Origin: Candidatus Oxydemutatoraceae bacterium
GTDB taxonomy: Bacteria > Pseudomonadota > Gammaproteobacteria > Poriferisulfidales > Oxydemutatoraceae
DNA: 64,000 nt
Direction: 5' to 3'
NCBI GenBank assembly: GCA_965219575.1
Contig: OZ244779.1
Coordinates: 524,769-588,768 of the forward strand
Within the stretch, counting starts at the first letter, position 1. Each line of letters starts with the position of its first letter. The translations under genes and the position numbers were made by a program. The notes beneath the pieces were generated by a model, which saw nothing but the letters and a program-made list of their open reading frames with translations, was not told the origin of the DNA and made no database searches. Below, piece by piece: positions 50,184-60,530 of this stretch.

Positions 50184-51923
50184 TTACATACGCTCGGGCG
50201 CGGATGCTCCGAGCATAGTCAGTCCGTTGAATAGTATATGCTTCACCGCCGCAATCAATAACAATCGAGCGTTGCGCAGTTGTTCGTCGTCCACTAGAAA
50301 GCGGTAGTGGTTATAGTAGCTATGAAAATCGGTTGCCAGTCCGCGCAAGTATTCCAATAATACTTGTGGTTCTTTGGTCTCGGCAGCCGCCGGCAATACC
50401 GAAGTATAGCGCAATAGCGACTTCATCAGTGTACGCTCTTCGGCTTCTTTTAAGCGATCGAGTTCGGCAGCAACGATGGTGTAGCTATAACCTTGCTCTT
50501 TCATTTGTCTGAACACGCTACAAATTCTGGCATGCGCATACTGCAAGTAATAGAGTGGATTGTCGTTGCTTTGGGATTTGGCAAGTTCCATGTCGAAGTC
50601 TATGTGTTGGGTATATTTGCGCATCATATAAAACAAGTGCATCGCATCGCTGCCGATTTGTTTTCTAATTGCGGACAGCGGAATGAATTGTCCGCCGCGG
50701 GTAGACATTGCGGTCTTTAGACCGCTCCGGTAAAGGTTGACGAATTGCACCAATATGACATGCAGTTTGTCGGCATCCAACCCTAAGGCTTCAATCGCCG
50801 CGCGCAACCGTGCCACATAACCGTGGTGGTCGGCACCCCAGATATTAATAACGAGGTCGTAGTCCCTTTGGTATTTATCTAAATGGTATGCGATATCGGC
50901 GGCAAAATAGGTGCTTTGTTCGTTGGAGCGCACCAAAACCCGATCTTTCTCATCGCCGAAATCGGTTGAGCGAAACCACCGCGCACCTTCTTTTTCGTAG
51001 AGCATGCCGCGCCCATCCAGTTGCGCAATCGTTTTGTTTATTTGATCCTCGGAACGCAACGAGGACTCGAAGAACCAATTGTCATAGACGATACCGAATA
51101 GTTTTAACTCTGCCTTGATAACTTTCATCATCATGTTCAATGCCTCTGTATAGACGGTTGAATAGCGCGTGGTTCCGAGTTCTTGTTTCATGCAGCTCAG
51201 CAAACAATCCAAATGTTTCTCCTGCGCTTCATCATCGGTATCACTCGCCGTTTCGGGTTGCCAATTTGCGACATAAAATTGTTCGCCTTGTTGGCGATGG
51301 AGCTGGGCAGCCATATCCCAGATATAGTCGCCGTGGTAGGCTTTTGCCGGAAACTCGGACTTGCCACCGCACAGTTCCAAATAGCGTAACCATACGGAGA
51401 GGCTCAGCATTTCCATCTGTCGCCCGCAATCGTTGACATAATACTCACATTCAACGCAATAACCATTTGCTTTGAGTATGTTGGCAAGGGCGGCACCGAA
51501 GGCGGCACCGCGCCCGTGCCCGATATGCAGGGGACCGGTAGGATTCGCCGATACGAACTCCAGTAATGCACGACCTCGGCTGCCGGCCGGCGCACATCCG
51601 TATTGAGCCCCTCGACGAACGATCTCCAAAACCACCTCTGCATAGGCTTTTTCTTTTAAGTGAAAATTGATAAAACCGGGACCTGCGATTGCAACCTGCT
51701 CTATAAAATCCGACTCGGGTAATTCGACAATAATACGGTCGGCTAAATCACGCGCTGCCATCTTTGCCGACGACGCAAGTGTTAGTGCGATATTGCTGGA
51801 ATAGTCACCGTGGGCACTCTCTCGTGTTAGTTGCACCTCGGGTTCAATTACCGTAGGCAGAATACCCGCCCTGTGCAGAGTTATTAGGCTATCGCCGATC
51901 CATTGTTTAATTTGTGCATGCAT
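50184..51923 (-). CDS. argS: Arginine--tRNA ligase
   Basis: HGDYSSN, EFVSANPTGPLHIGHGR, GADHHGY, MSTR.G, YLQYAHAR, APERM. Confidence 0.98.
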   Translation of the reverse strand: MHAQIKQWIGDSLITLHRAGILPTVIEPEVQLTRESAHGDYSSNIALTLASSAKMAARDLADRIIVELPESDFIEQVAIAGPGFINFHLKEKAYAEVVLEIVRRGAQYGCAPAGSRGRALLEFVSANPTGPLHIGHGRGAAFGAALANILKANGYCVECEYYVNDCGRQMEMLSLSVWLRYLELCGGKSEFPAKAYHGDYIWDMAAQLHRQQGEQFYVANWQPETASDTDDEAQEKHLDCLLSCMKQELGTTRYSTVYTEALNMMMKVIKAELKLFGIVYDNWFFESSLRSEDQINKTIAQLDGRGMLYEKEGARWFRSTDFGDEKDRVLVRSNEQSTYFAADIAYHLDKYQRDYDLVINIWGADHHGYVARLRAAIEALGLDADKLHVILVQFVNLYRSGLKTAMSTRGGQFIPLSAIRKQIGSDAMHLFYMMRKYTQHIDFDMELAKSQSNDNPLYYLQYAHARICSVFRQMKEQGYSYTIVAAELDRLKEAEERTLMKSLLRYTSVLPAAAETKEPQVLLEYLRGLATDFHSYYNHYRFLVDDEQLRNARLLLIAAVKHILFNGLTMLGASAPERM

Positions 51924-52107
51924 GGAACGGACATTTTACCAGTTATTCAATAATCGTCGGCATGTTCAAATGGAAATCTTGTTTTATGGGAACCACCATT
52001 CCCTTCCTGCGACGGTGTGGTCGTGGCGTGTCTGCACGAGTAAAGAGGTGCAACATTGAAAGAATACGGCGCGTTTGGCGTAGCTTTATCGAAGGTAAAC
52101 TGAGTTC

Positions 52108-52284
52108 TTACTTTGCCACTATCAACACGACGCTTGCCAAGAACACGCCGATGATCGAGGTCATTGCAACGATGCTTCCGATGAATAGTGCAACTCCCCA
52201 TTTACTAATATTCGCATGAAATGCCGACTGAGCTTCCTTCATTTCAACTATCATTTCGTATAGTTTTTCATTAGTTATTTTCAT
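52108..52284 (-). CDS. 58-aa membrane-anchored hypothetical protein (below the ORF-track cutoff)
   Basis: AGGA RBS; MKITNEKLYEMIVEMKEAQSAFHANISKWGVALFIGSIVAMTSIIGVFLASVVLIVAK. Confidence 0.6.
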   Translation of the reverse strand: MKITNEKLYEMIVEMKEAQSAFHANISKWGVALFIGSIVAMTSIIGVFLASVVLIVAK

Positions 52285-52403
52285 CTGTTTTTTCCTATTA
52301 ATAAATTATAAATAAACATCTTGCTAAAGCAAGATGCTGCTTAGAAAAAGCAGTATATTTCGGTACTGATTAAGCACGACTCGGCAATCCGACGAACGGT
52401 AGC

Positions 52404-52745
52404 ATTCCCCTCCTTTGGAGGGGTGGCAGGCGTTAGCCTGACGGGGTGGTCGCAAAAGTGGGGCTGTTGAAAAAGTGCGGCATCGTACGAATCTAATCAC
52501 TTGCGCCATTTTGTTTTGGTTTCCATAAATTGGATGGATGAATGTATAAATCGTGTAGGCACAACGCGTTACGGGCGGACATGTTAGTCCGCCCCTACAG
52601 GTGGGTTGGATAATTATGTGGCGCAAAGCGATTGCAATTGTGCAAACACAGTACTTTTTCAACAGTCGCAAAAGTGTCTGTACAAATACAGTATCGGTAC
52701 ATTCCCCTCTTTTGAAGGGATGTCAGGCTACACCTAACGAGGCGG
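52404..52745. repeat. Composite REP/MITE-like repeat
   Basis: CTGTTGAAAAA..TTTTTCAACAG flanked by CCCTCC/GGAGGG modules. Confidence 0.88.
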
Positions 52746-52755
52746 TCACAATGCG

Positions 52756-54945
52756 TTAATCTATTTCCAGCGGGTCTACATCAAAATGCCAGCGCATATC
52801 TTTCTGCACGGGCAAGGCTTCCACCTTTTTCATGAGTGCGGCGATGTAGCGGTTTAGCACGGCGGCACGCGGTGCTTCAAACAACATGCACGCACGGTGA
52901 TAGCCGGCTTTTTTCTCCATCGTTGCCGGTATCGGTGGATAAACATGTACCTGCATGTCTTGCGCCAACTGTTTTGCGTATCGTTCAACACGATTGAGAA
53001 ACTCAATGCTCAAGTTCGGCTGCCGCGCTTTCACACGGAGCAATGTTAAATGACAATACGGCGGTAGTCCCACCTGTTGCCGCGCCTCCAACAGCTCTGC
53101 CGATAATGCCGAATAGCCCTTCCGTAATAGGGTACGCAATAAAGGGTGTTCGGGGTGGTGAGTTTGCAAAACCACATCGCCGACCACATTGCCCCTTCCC
53201 GAGCGACCACCGACCTGCGTAATCAGCTGTGCCAATCGTTCGGTGCTGCGGAAATCGGGCGAGAACAATCCTTGATCCACATCCACGATGCAGGTTAGTG
53301 TGATCGCCGGCAGATGGTGTCCTTTGGTCAGTATCTGAGTGCCGACGATAATGTCAACCTGTTTTGCATGAATTTGCTCGAGCTGTCGGGCTAGTACGTC
53401 TTTACGACGGACGGCATCGGTATCTATCCTAACCGTGCGCGCATTCGGGAAAAGTGTTTGTATTTTCTCTTCTATTTGCTGGGTGCCTACCCCGATAGCT
53501 GCTAATGTATCCGATTGACATTTCGGGCATCGTTGCGGTATTGCGAATCTTGCATCGCAATGATGGCAGACGAGTTTATCGATGTGCTTATGATAGACAA
53601 GATAGGCGTTGCAATGTGTACAGGTCAACGCCTCTCCACATTGACGGCACATCATCAGCGGTGCATACCCCCTGCGATTGATAAACAGCAAAATCTGCTC
53701 TTGCTTTTTTATGCGGTCGTCGATCATGCGAATGAGTGGTTCGGACAAGCCACCGTCCAGCCATTTCCCGCGCACATCGATAATGCGGAAGTTCGGCATC
53801 GCCGCATTACCGGCGCGCCGCATAAGCCGTTGGTGTTTATAACGATTACCGAGTGCATTGTGCAAGGTCTCGAGGGCAGGCGTTGCACTGCCCAACAATA
53901 TTGGTATTTCCTCGAGCTGTGCGCGCTTAACCGACATATCACGCGCGTGATAGCGCAACGATTCCATTTGTTTATAAGAGCTATCGTGCTCTTCGTCGAC
54001 AACGATTAAACCCAGTTGCTTGAACGGCAAAAACGATGCCGAGCGTGTGCCGATAACGATTTGCACGGTGCCGTCCAATGCAAAGCTCCAGATACGTAGC
54101 CGCTCGTTATCGCTCAACCCGGAATGAAAAACCTGCACCGATTGACCGAAACGTTCTCTAAATCGCGCCACCGTTTGTATCGTCAACGCAATCTCCGGCA
54201 CTAAAACGAGTACTTGTTTTTTTTGTGCGAGGATAAACTCGCAGAGTTCCAAATAGATTTCTGTTTTCCCGCTACCGGTAACCCCTTCTAGTAAGGTGCA
54301 GGAAAAATTGCCACATTCGGCAAGCATCGCTTTCACCACGCGTTGTTGGTCGGCGTTGAGCTTGTGGCGCAGTGCCGAGCATGGTACGGTGATTTGTTCT
54401 TTTATCTTTACTTGCCGCCTTTCAACGCAACCTTTCTGCTCCAGACTTTTAAGCGAGGCGCGCCAGCCCTTAAACTCTATATCGAGCAATGTTTTATCGG
54501 CACCTTCTATTTTAGCGAGCCATTCAAGCAGTGCGCGTTGCTTGGATGCGCGCTTGGAAAGTTTGGTGTCTTGCGCTCGATCGCGACAAACCCGCCAAAC
54601 TTCTATGGTATCGGCCGGCAAAGATTTATCCGAACGAAGCAAACGCGGCAAAGCGACTTTTAGCACACCGCCGAGCGGATAATGGTAATACCATGATACC
54701 CATTTCAGCAACGACAACAAGCCGACGGGGATTACGGCTTTTTTGTCCACCACCCGAATGATCGGCTTTAGTTTTTCAACCGGCACTTCGGTATTTTGTT
54801 GTTGAGATATCACTATGCCGATACAATCTCTGCCTCGTAAGGAGATTTTTACCCGCATCCCTGGTTGCACCTTCTGCTCATTGGGCAAATAATCGAAGCA
54901 AGCGGGCATCGAGGAAGGGATCGCAATTCGCAGTACGGAAGTCAT
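52756..54945 (-). CDS. priA: Primosomal protein N'
   Basis: GVTGSGKTE, DEEHD, GSATP, NRRGY, four CxxC, GRSGR, DVDP. Confidence 0.97.
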   Translation of the reverse strand: MTSVLRIAIPSSMPACFDYLPNEQKVQPGMRVKISLRGRDCIGIVISQQQNTEVPVEKLKPIIRVVDKKAVIPVGLLSLLKWVSWYYHYPLGGVLKVALPRLLRSDKSLPADTIEVWRVCRDRAQDTKLSKRASKQRALLEWLAKIEGADKTLLDIEFKGWRASLKSLEQKGCVERRQVKIKEQITVPCSALRHKLNADQQRVVKAMLAECGNFSCTLLEGVTGSGKTEIYLELCEFILAQKKQVLVLVPEIALTIQTVARFRERFGQSVQVFHSGLSDNERLRIWSFALDGTVQIVIGTRSASFLPFKQLGLIVVDEEHDSSYKQMESLRYHARDMSVKRAQLEEIPILLGSATPALETLHNALGNRYKHQRLMRRAGNAAMPNFRIIDVRGKWLDGGLSEPLIRMIDDRIKKQEQILLFINRRGYAPLMMCRQCGEALTCTHCNAYLVYHKHIDKLVCHHCDARFAIPQRCPKCQSDTLAAIGVGTQQIEEKIQTLFPNARTVRIDTDAVRRKDVLARQLEQIHAKQVDIIVGTQILTKGHHLPAITLTCIVDVDQGLFSPDFRSTERLAQLITQVGGRSGRGNVVGDVVLQTHHPEHPLLRTLLRKGYSALSAELLEARQQVGLPPYCHLTLLRVKARQPNLSIEFLNRVERYAKQLAQDMQVHVYPPIPATMEKKAGYHRACMLFEAPRAAVLNRYIAALMKKVEALPVQKDMRWHFDVDPLEID

Positions 54946-55045
54946 AACATCGGATTATATAAAAGGGGTATTGTATCGTTATATCATAATCAATAATGAT
55001 GTATGATAGAGATCAATAGTATGCTTAGCTAAATCTCAAATCATC

Positions 55046-55429
55046 GTGGATCCCGTCAAGATATTAAATATAACCATAGGGGAAGACAACTATCCCATCC
55101 AAGTTCCCCGTTATATGCTGGAGGAAGGCGAGAGTTTTTTTGCCAAAGTGGATTCCGACATGGATTGCGGTTGGCAAATGAGCCGCCGGTGGGTAGAAAA
55201 TCCCGACACCGTTCAACGATGTCAAATTCTTGCCGACCGAATGCTCACCGCCATACAAACAAAAAATAATCAAATGGTCGGACTGGCAGCAGCGTATATA
55301 CTAAGTCGTCTGCCCGGCGTAAAGCATATAGACTTGGACACCACCGGCGATATCACCCTAACCCGCTTCGAGGTCGACGGTAAATCAATCCCCGACAATT
55401 CCCCTCCTGTGGAGGGGTGGCAGGCGTAG
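55046..55429 (+). CDS. Hypothetical protein; last codons lie in a repeat
   Basis: 127-aa ORF (DMD.GWQMSR.WV.NP...RCQI.ADR). Confidence 0.7.
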   Translation: MDPVKILNITIGEDNYPIQVPRYMLEEGESFFAKVDSDMDCGWQMSRRWVENPDTVQRCQILADRMLTAIQTKNNQMVGLAAAYILSRLPGVKHIDLDTTGDITLTRFEVDGKSIPDNSPPVEGWQA

Positions 55430-55752
55430 CCTGACGGGGTGGTTGCGGAAGTGGGGCTGTTGAAAAAGTATTTCATAGAGTGGTAGGGGCGGACTTACAT
55501 TAAATTGCCGATTGACCTACTGGCTCAATCGGCGGCTCTGTTCTGCCCGTAACGCGTTTTGCCTGCAAGATTTATACATTTATTCACCCGATTTATGGAA
55601 ACCAAAACCAAATGGCGCAAGCGGTTGAGCTTGTGCAGAATGGTATCGTTTTGGGCAGACACACAGGTCTGCCCCTACGGCTTGGTGGTTATTATAAATT
55701 CACGGCGCAAGCGGTTACAGTTGTGCAGTGATGATACTTTTTCAACAGCCCA
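55398..55752. repeat. Composite REP/MITE-like repeat
   Basis: Same modules; CTGTTGAAAAA..TTTTTCAACAG ends. Confidence 0.88.
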
Positions 55753-55785
55753 TAGCACTTCCCCTATAGATGCTATAATTTGACT

Positions 55786-56574
55786 ATGCAAACAGAAATT
55801 TCCCATACCAACCCCGAACAGTTTACGACAAAAAAAAGGCAACAGATAATATCACCCGACCGAGTGGTTTTAGGGGACTGTATGGAATTATTAAAACAGG
55901 TAGAAGAGGAGACTATAGATCTAATAGCAACAGATCCCCCTTATGAAATCGGCTATTCCAATTACGCATGGGATGCAAAAAACAAATTGAATTGGGATTA
56001 CTTGGCGGAAGAATTTAAGCGAGTTATCAAAACCAACGGTAGTTTGGTTATATTCCAAGGCTGGTCTAATGTTTCAAAAACTATAGCCCACCTCTCTAGG
56101 CATTTTTATCTGAAAAACTGGATTATTTACGACCGAGTCAAAGGTCGCGGAACAAAAACAAACCTTGTTTCTACCAGAGAAGATATATTATGGTTTGTCA
56201 ATGATAGAGACAACTATACCTATAACAAAATATCATCGAACATAAAAAAGAAGACCGGTGGCACCATAGGAAGGAAGAACGGCAACGAGTACAGAGCGAT
56301 GTCTAATGTATGGACGGACATCTCGCCCATTGTCCCTTGGAGTAAGGAAAGAGTTAATCATCCAACACAGAAATCTTTGCAACTGATGGACAGAATATTA
56401 GACATATTTAGTAACGAAGGCAATGTGGTGTTGGATTGTTTTGCCGGAAGTGGTAGCACAATAATATCCGCAATAAATAAAAATAGGAAATATATAGGCT
56501 TTGAGAACAATGCAGAGTATTTTCAAACCATGATAAACAGAATGAAGGAAATCAGAGAGTATAAATTATCGTAG
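55786..56574 (+). CDS. Beta-class N4C/N6A DNA methyltransferase, no adjacent restriction gene
   Basis: GDC, TDPPY, HPTQK, VLDCFAGSGS; TGCTATAAT upstream. Confidence 0.9.
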   Translation: MQTEISHTNPEQFTTKKRQQIISPDRVVLGDCMELLKQVEEETIDLIATDPPYEIGYSNYAWDAKNKLNWDYLAEEFKRVIKTNGSLVIFQGWSNVSKTIAHLSRHFYLKNWIIYDRVKGRGTKTNLVSTREDILWFVNDRDNYTYNKISSNIKKKTGGTIGRKNGNEYRAMSNVWTDISPIVPWSKERVNHPTQKSLQLMDRILDIFSNEGNVVLDCFAGSGSTIISAINKNRKYIGFENNAEYFQTMINRMKEIREYKLS

Positions 56575-56579
56575 ATATG

Positions 56580-56835
56580 AGGCTGTTGAAAAAATACTGT
56601 TCTGCAAAACCGTAACCGCTTTGCGCCATTGAATTTACGATAACCACCAAGCCGTAGGGGCGGACTGGCATGTCCGCCCTAAAGTGTCGTTCTGCACAGC
56701 TGTAATCGCTTGCGCCAACAAATAATGGTTTCCATAATATTAATGGGCGAACGCGTTAATCGTGCAAACATGATACGTTTCGGGCGGACATATAAGTCCG
56801 CCCCTACGGTTCGTGGATACTTTTTCAACAGTCCC
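56580..56835. repeat. MITE-like repeat
   Basis: GGCTGTTGAAAAA..TTTTTCAACAGTC enclosing two GTAGGGGCGGAC-type hairpins. Confidence 0.88.
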
Positions 56836-56877
56836 GATATCAAAGTGCCCTGATCGCCGGGTGAGCATATCAACCGG

Positions 56878-57888
56878 CTAGATATGCTCGTAGAGTTCGT
56901 CAAAAATTACTTTCATCGGAGGGCGTTCTCCCATTGGGAGACGCGTTGCGGTTGTTAGTGGTTGCAGTTCTCCTTCGTCATTGCGCACGGCAACCAAATA
57001 ACGAAACGGGTGCCTGCCGCCGGCCACAAAACGTAAATCGATCCACTTGACCCCTTCGGTGTCTTCTTCATAACGATAAAATCCTTTGGAAAAGCTAATC
57101 AGTTTGGCTAAATCGGAACCGGGGGTGGCAAATGTATTCAGTTTCTCTCGTTCCGGGTAGGCTATGGTTTGATTGAACACTATAGGTTTATTCGGACTCA
57201 CTATCGAATACCAAGCATTAAGGTTTGCATCTTCGGTCATCACCACAGCCCTCCAGATTAGGATATTAAAAGGTGAATTAAAGGTTTTTAGTTGTTGATA
57301 ATCAATTTCTTGCCGATCTAGTGCGGTCTCGAAGCGGTGGTTTGCGTAAGTCTTAAACACGATTGCCGTCATTATATATAAAGAGGTCAATGCGGCTATG
57401 GAGATCAAAACATGGCGACGATGCCCGATAGGTGTCTTTGATAGAGCGAAGTATGCAAGCGCGCCAATCAAAGGGATGGTATAAAAAGGATCTATGATGA
57501 ATAAGCTCGACAATGCATAAGGATAACGGGTGAACGGATAGAAGATTTGCGTGCCGTAAACTGTTACCAAGTCGAGAATGATATGCGTCGTAAAACACCA
57601 AAAGAACAACCAGAACCATTGTTTGGCGGATAATGCGGTTTGCGGCGCGAGCCACACAAACAGTCTAGAGAACAAATAGGCGGCAAAAGGAACGACGATA
57701 AACGAGTGCGTCACACCTCTGTGGGAAACCAGCCTGCTTACATCGTCGGCAAAAAAGCTGTGGATGATATCCAAGTCGGGAAGCGTGCCGGCCAATGCGC
57801 CCCAAAGCAATACTTTTTTAGAGGTCTGCTTGCCGGCACTAATACCGGCCACCGTGGCACCTAGCGCCGCTTGTGTAATCGAGTCCAT
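56878..57888 (-). CDS. Membrane-bound metal-dependent hydrolase (YdjM/DUF457)
   Basis: MDSITQ, LPDLD, HRGVTHS, H..LD....YGT, IIDP. Confidence 0.9.
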   Translation of the reverse strand: MDSITQAALGATVAGISAGKQTSKKVLLWGALAGTLPDLDIIHSFFADDVSRLVSHRGVTHSFIVVPFAAYLFSRLFVWLAPQTALSAKQWFWLFFWCFTTHIILDLVTVYGTQIFYPFTRYPYALSSLFIIDPFYTIPLIGALAYFALSKTPIGHRRHVLISIAALTSLYIMTAIVFKTYANHRFETALDRQEIDYQQLKTFNSPFNILIWRAVVMTEDANLNAWYSIVSPNKPIVFNQTIAYPEREKLNTFATPGSDLAKLISFSKGFYRYEEDTEGVKWIDLRFVAGGRHPFRYLVAVRNDEGELQPLTTATRLPMGERPPMKVIFDELYEHI

Positions 57889-58193
57889 TAAAAGAAAAAA
57901 TTCGGTCTATGTCAAACGATAGAAATAATATCTCTCCATGCGATTGCGGTAATTATATAAATATCCCGTTTTAGATTCATTAATATCTGTCTGAAATGCG
58001 GTTGTCACACAATACGCTACAGATATTTTAATACCAATGAAATAACTTTTCAGTCCGAGGCTGTCAAATTCAAACAGCGATTAGGACTAAAATACTTAAT
58101 ATTTTTACAAAATTACCCTATACTTCGTTATACTTTATACTATAATCCCTCTCGCATGATATTCCGAACAATTATAACCTTATATGGATAGCT

Positions 58194-60530
58194 ATGGCTG
58201 AGAATCTTTTAATCGTAGAATCCCCCGCCAAGTCCAAGACCATTAAAAAGTATCTTGGACCCAGCTTTGAGGTAATGGCATCTTACGGCCATGTCAGGGA
58301 TTTGGTGTCGCAGGAAGGCGCGGTAGACCCGAGCAATAATTTTGCTATGAACTATCAAGTGATCAAAGATAGTGTCAAACATGTTCGTAAAATAGAACAG
58401 ACCTTAAAGAAATCGAAGAATCTTTATCTGGCAACCGACCCGGATCGTGAAGGCGAGGCAATCTCATGGCATCTTTACGAGATACTCAAAGAGAAAGGAA
58501 CAATCAAAGACAAGGGAGTATATCGCGTGGTGTTCCATGAGATTACACAACGAGCCGTCTCCGATGCAATTGCAAATCCCCGCCAACTGTCGGATGATTT
58601 AGTTAATGCACAGCAAGCGCGGCGAGCTTTGGATCATCTGGTCGGCTTCAATTTGTCGCCACTTTTATGGCGTAAAGTGCAACAAGGGCTTTCCGCCGGG
58701 CGTGTGCAGAGCCCTGCCTTGCGCCTATTGGTAGAGCGAGAAGAAGAGATAGAAAAATTTAAGGCGCAAGAGTATTGGACTCTGGAGGCACTCTCCGAAA
58801 AAGAAAACACGCCTTTTAATGCCAAGTTATTCGAACTAGAAGGTCAAAAGCTCAAACAATTCGATATCGACAACGAAGCACAGGCAAACGAAATACGCGA
58901 AACCATTCTTGAAAAAGCACAACACCGCTTAAAAGTTAGCCGTTGCGAAAAAAAGCAACGCAAACGATACCCGTCGCCGCCCTTTATCACCTCCACACTA
59001 CAACAAGAAAGCGTACGCAAATTATATTTTTCGTCGTCGCGCACGATGCGTATCGCGCAGCAGTTGTACGAAGGTATTGATTTAGGTTCCGGCCCCGTGG
59101 GGTTAATCAGTTATATGCGCACCGATTCGGTGACGCTTGCGGATGAAGCGGTTAGCGAACTGCGTGCCTACATCAAATCGCAATTCGGCGCGGATAGGCT
59201 ACCGCCTAAAGCCGTGAAATACAAAACTAAATCAAAAAATGCACAGGAAGCGCACGAAGCCATCCGTCCGACTTCGGTAAAACGCACTCCCGAACAAGTC
59301 AAAGCCTATCTGAATACCGACCAATATAAGTTGTACGACTTGATTTGGAAAAGGACAGTTGCATGTCAAATGATCCATGCAACTTTGGATACCGTGACCG
59401 CCGACTTGTCGTGCCGGGAATACTGCATCTTTAGAGCGACCGGTTCTACTATCAAAGACCCGGGATTTATGTCCGTCTACACCGAGGACAGCGACAAAAA
59501 CAACGATGCAAAAACCGGTAAAACAGTTTCTGCAACGGAGAAGAAACTGCCACCGTTGAACGAAGGAGAGGAAGTGCCGTTGAAAGAATTAACCGCATCG
59601 CAGCATTTTACCGAACCACCCCCCCGCTACAGTGAAGCATCGTTGATAAAAACACTGGAGGAATACGGGATTGGACGCCCCTCTACTTACGCAAGCATTA
59701 TTTCTACGCTACAATATCGGAAATATGCAACTCTGGAAAAACGTCGTTTTTATCCGACATCGACGGGGCGGATCGTCAGCAAGTTTCTAACTAATCACTT
59801 CTCGGATTATGTGGATTATGATTTCACGGCAAACTTGGAAAATGTTCTGGACGAGATATCACGAGGTGAAAAGACATGGATTCCGGTACTCGAAGAATTT
59901 TGGCAACCCTTCAAGCAACTAGTGGACGAAAAAAGAGAGACGGTAACAAAAGCCGAAGCAGCGAATGAACGTGTCTTGGGGGTTGACCCCAAAACCAACA
60001 AGCCGGTGAGCGTGCGTTATGGGCGTTATGGTCCCTATGTTCAAATAGGCACCAAAGACGACGAAGAGAAACCGCGTTTTGCATCGCTCAGACAGGGACA
60101 AAAAGTAGAGACGATCGGTTTTGAAGAAGCGATGGAATTGTTCAAACTCCCTCGTGATTTGGGCGAAACTCCGGACGGAGAGCCGGTGTCGGCGGGGATC
60201 GGGAGATACGGACCGTTTATTAAGTACGGCAAAAAATATGTTTCGCTCAAGGAAGATGATCCGCATGAAATTGACCTTAAACGCGCATTGGTGGTAATTG
60301 CCGAGAAAAAACAAGCGGATGCAGACAAAATTATTGCGGATTTTTCCGAACACAAAATACAAGTATTAAACGGACGCTACGGTCCTTATGTCACCGACGG
60401 TTCTAAAAATGCAAAAATACCCAAAGAACAAGAACCGTCGACTTTGACTCTGGAGCAATGTCGAGAACTTATAGCTAAAGCACCCGAGAAACGCAAGCGA
60501 GCACCGCCAAAGAAAAAAGCTAAAGCCTAA
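58194..60530 (+). CDS. topA: DNA topoisomerase I
   Basis: IVESPAK, ATDPDREGEAI, SAGRVQS, YMRTD, AQEAHEAIRP, GRYGP C-terminal repeats. Confidence 0.98.
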   Translation: MAENLLIVESPAKSKTIKKYLGPSFEVMASYGHVRDLVSQEGAVDPSNNFAMNYQVIKDSVKHVRKIEQTLKKSKNLYLATDPDREGEAISWHLYEILKEKGTIKDKGVYRVVFHEITQRAVSDAIANPRQLSDDLVNAQQARRALDHLVGFNLSPLLWRKVQQGLSAGRVQSPALRLLVEREEEIEKFKAQEYWTLEALSEKENTPFNAKLFELEGQKLKQFDIDNEAQANEIRETILEKAQHRLKVSRCEKKQRKRYPSPPFITSTLQQESVRKLYFSSSRTMRIAQQLYEGIDLGSGPVGLISYMRTDSVTLADEAVSELRAYIKSQFGADRLPPKAVKYKTKSKNAQEAHEAIRPTSVKRTPEQVKAYLNTDQYKLYDLIWKRTVACQMIHATLDTVTADLSCREYCIFRATGSTIKDPGFMSVYTEDSDKNNDAKTGKTVSATEKKLPPLNEGEEVPLKELTASQHFTEPPPRYSEASLIKTLEEYGIGRPSTYASIISTLQYRKYATLEKRRFYPTSTGRIVSKFLTNHFSDYVDYDFTANLENVLDEISRGEKTWIPVLEEFWQPFKQLVDEKRETVTKAEAANERVLGVDPKTNKPVSVRYGRYGPYVQIGTKDDEEKPRFASLRQGQKVETIGFEEAMELFKLPRDLGETPDGEPVSAGIGRYGPFIKYGKKYVSLKEDDPHEIDLKRALVVIAEKKQADADKIIADFSEHKIQVLNGRYGPYVTDGSKNAKIPKEQEPSTLTLEQCRELIAKAPEKRKRAPPKKKAKA

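Noticed and set aside
28500-52403. 16-bp direct repeat TCCGACGAACGGTAGC at 28500 and 52388 as att sites
   Set aside because: The enclosed span contains essential genes (def, fmt, argS) and both copies lie beside repeat clusters, so it is more likely another repeat module.
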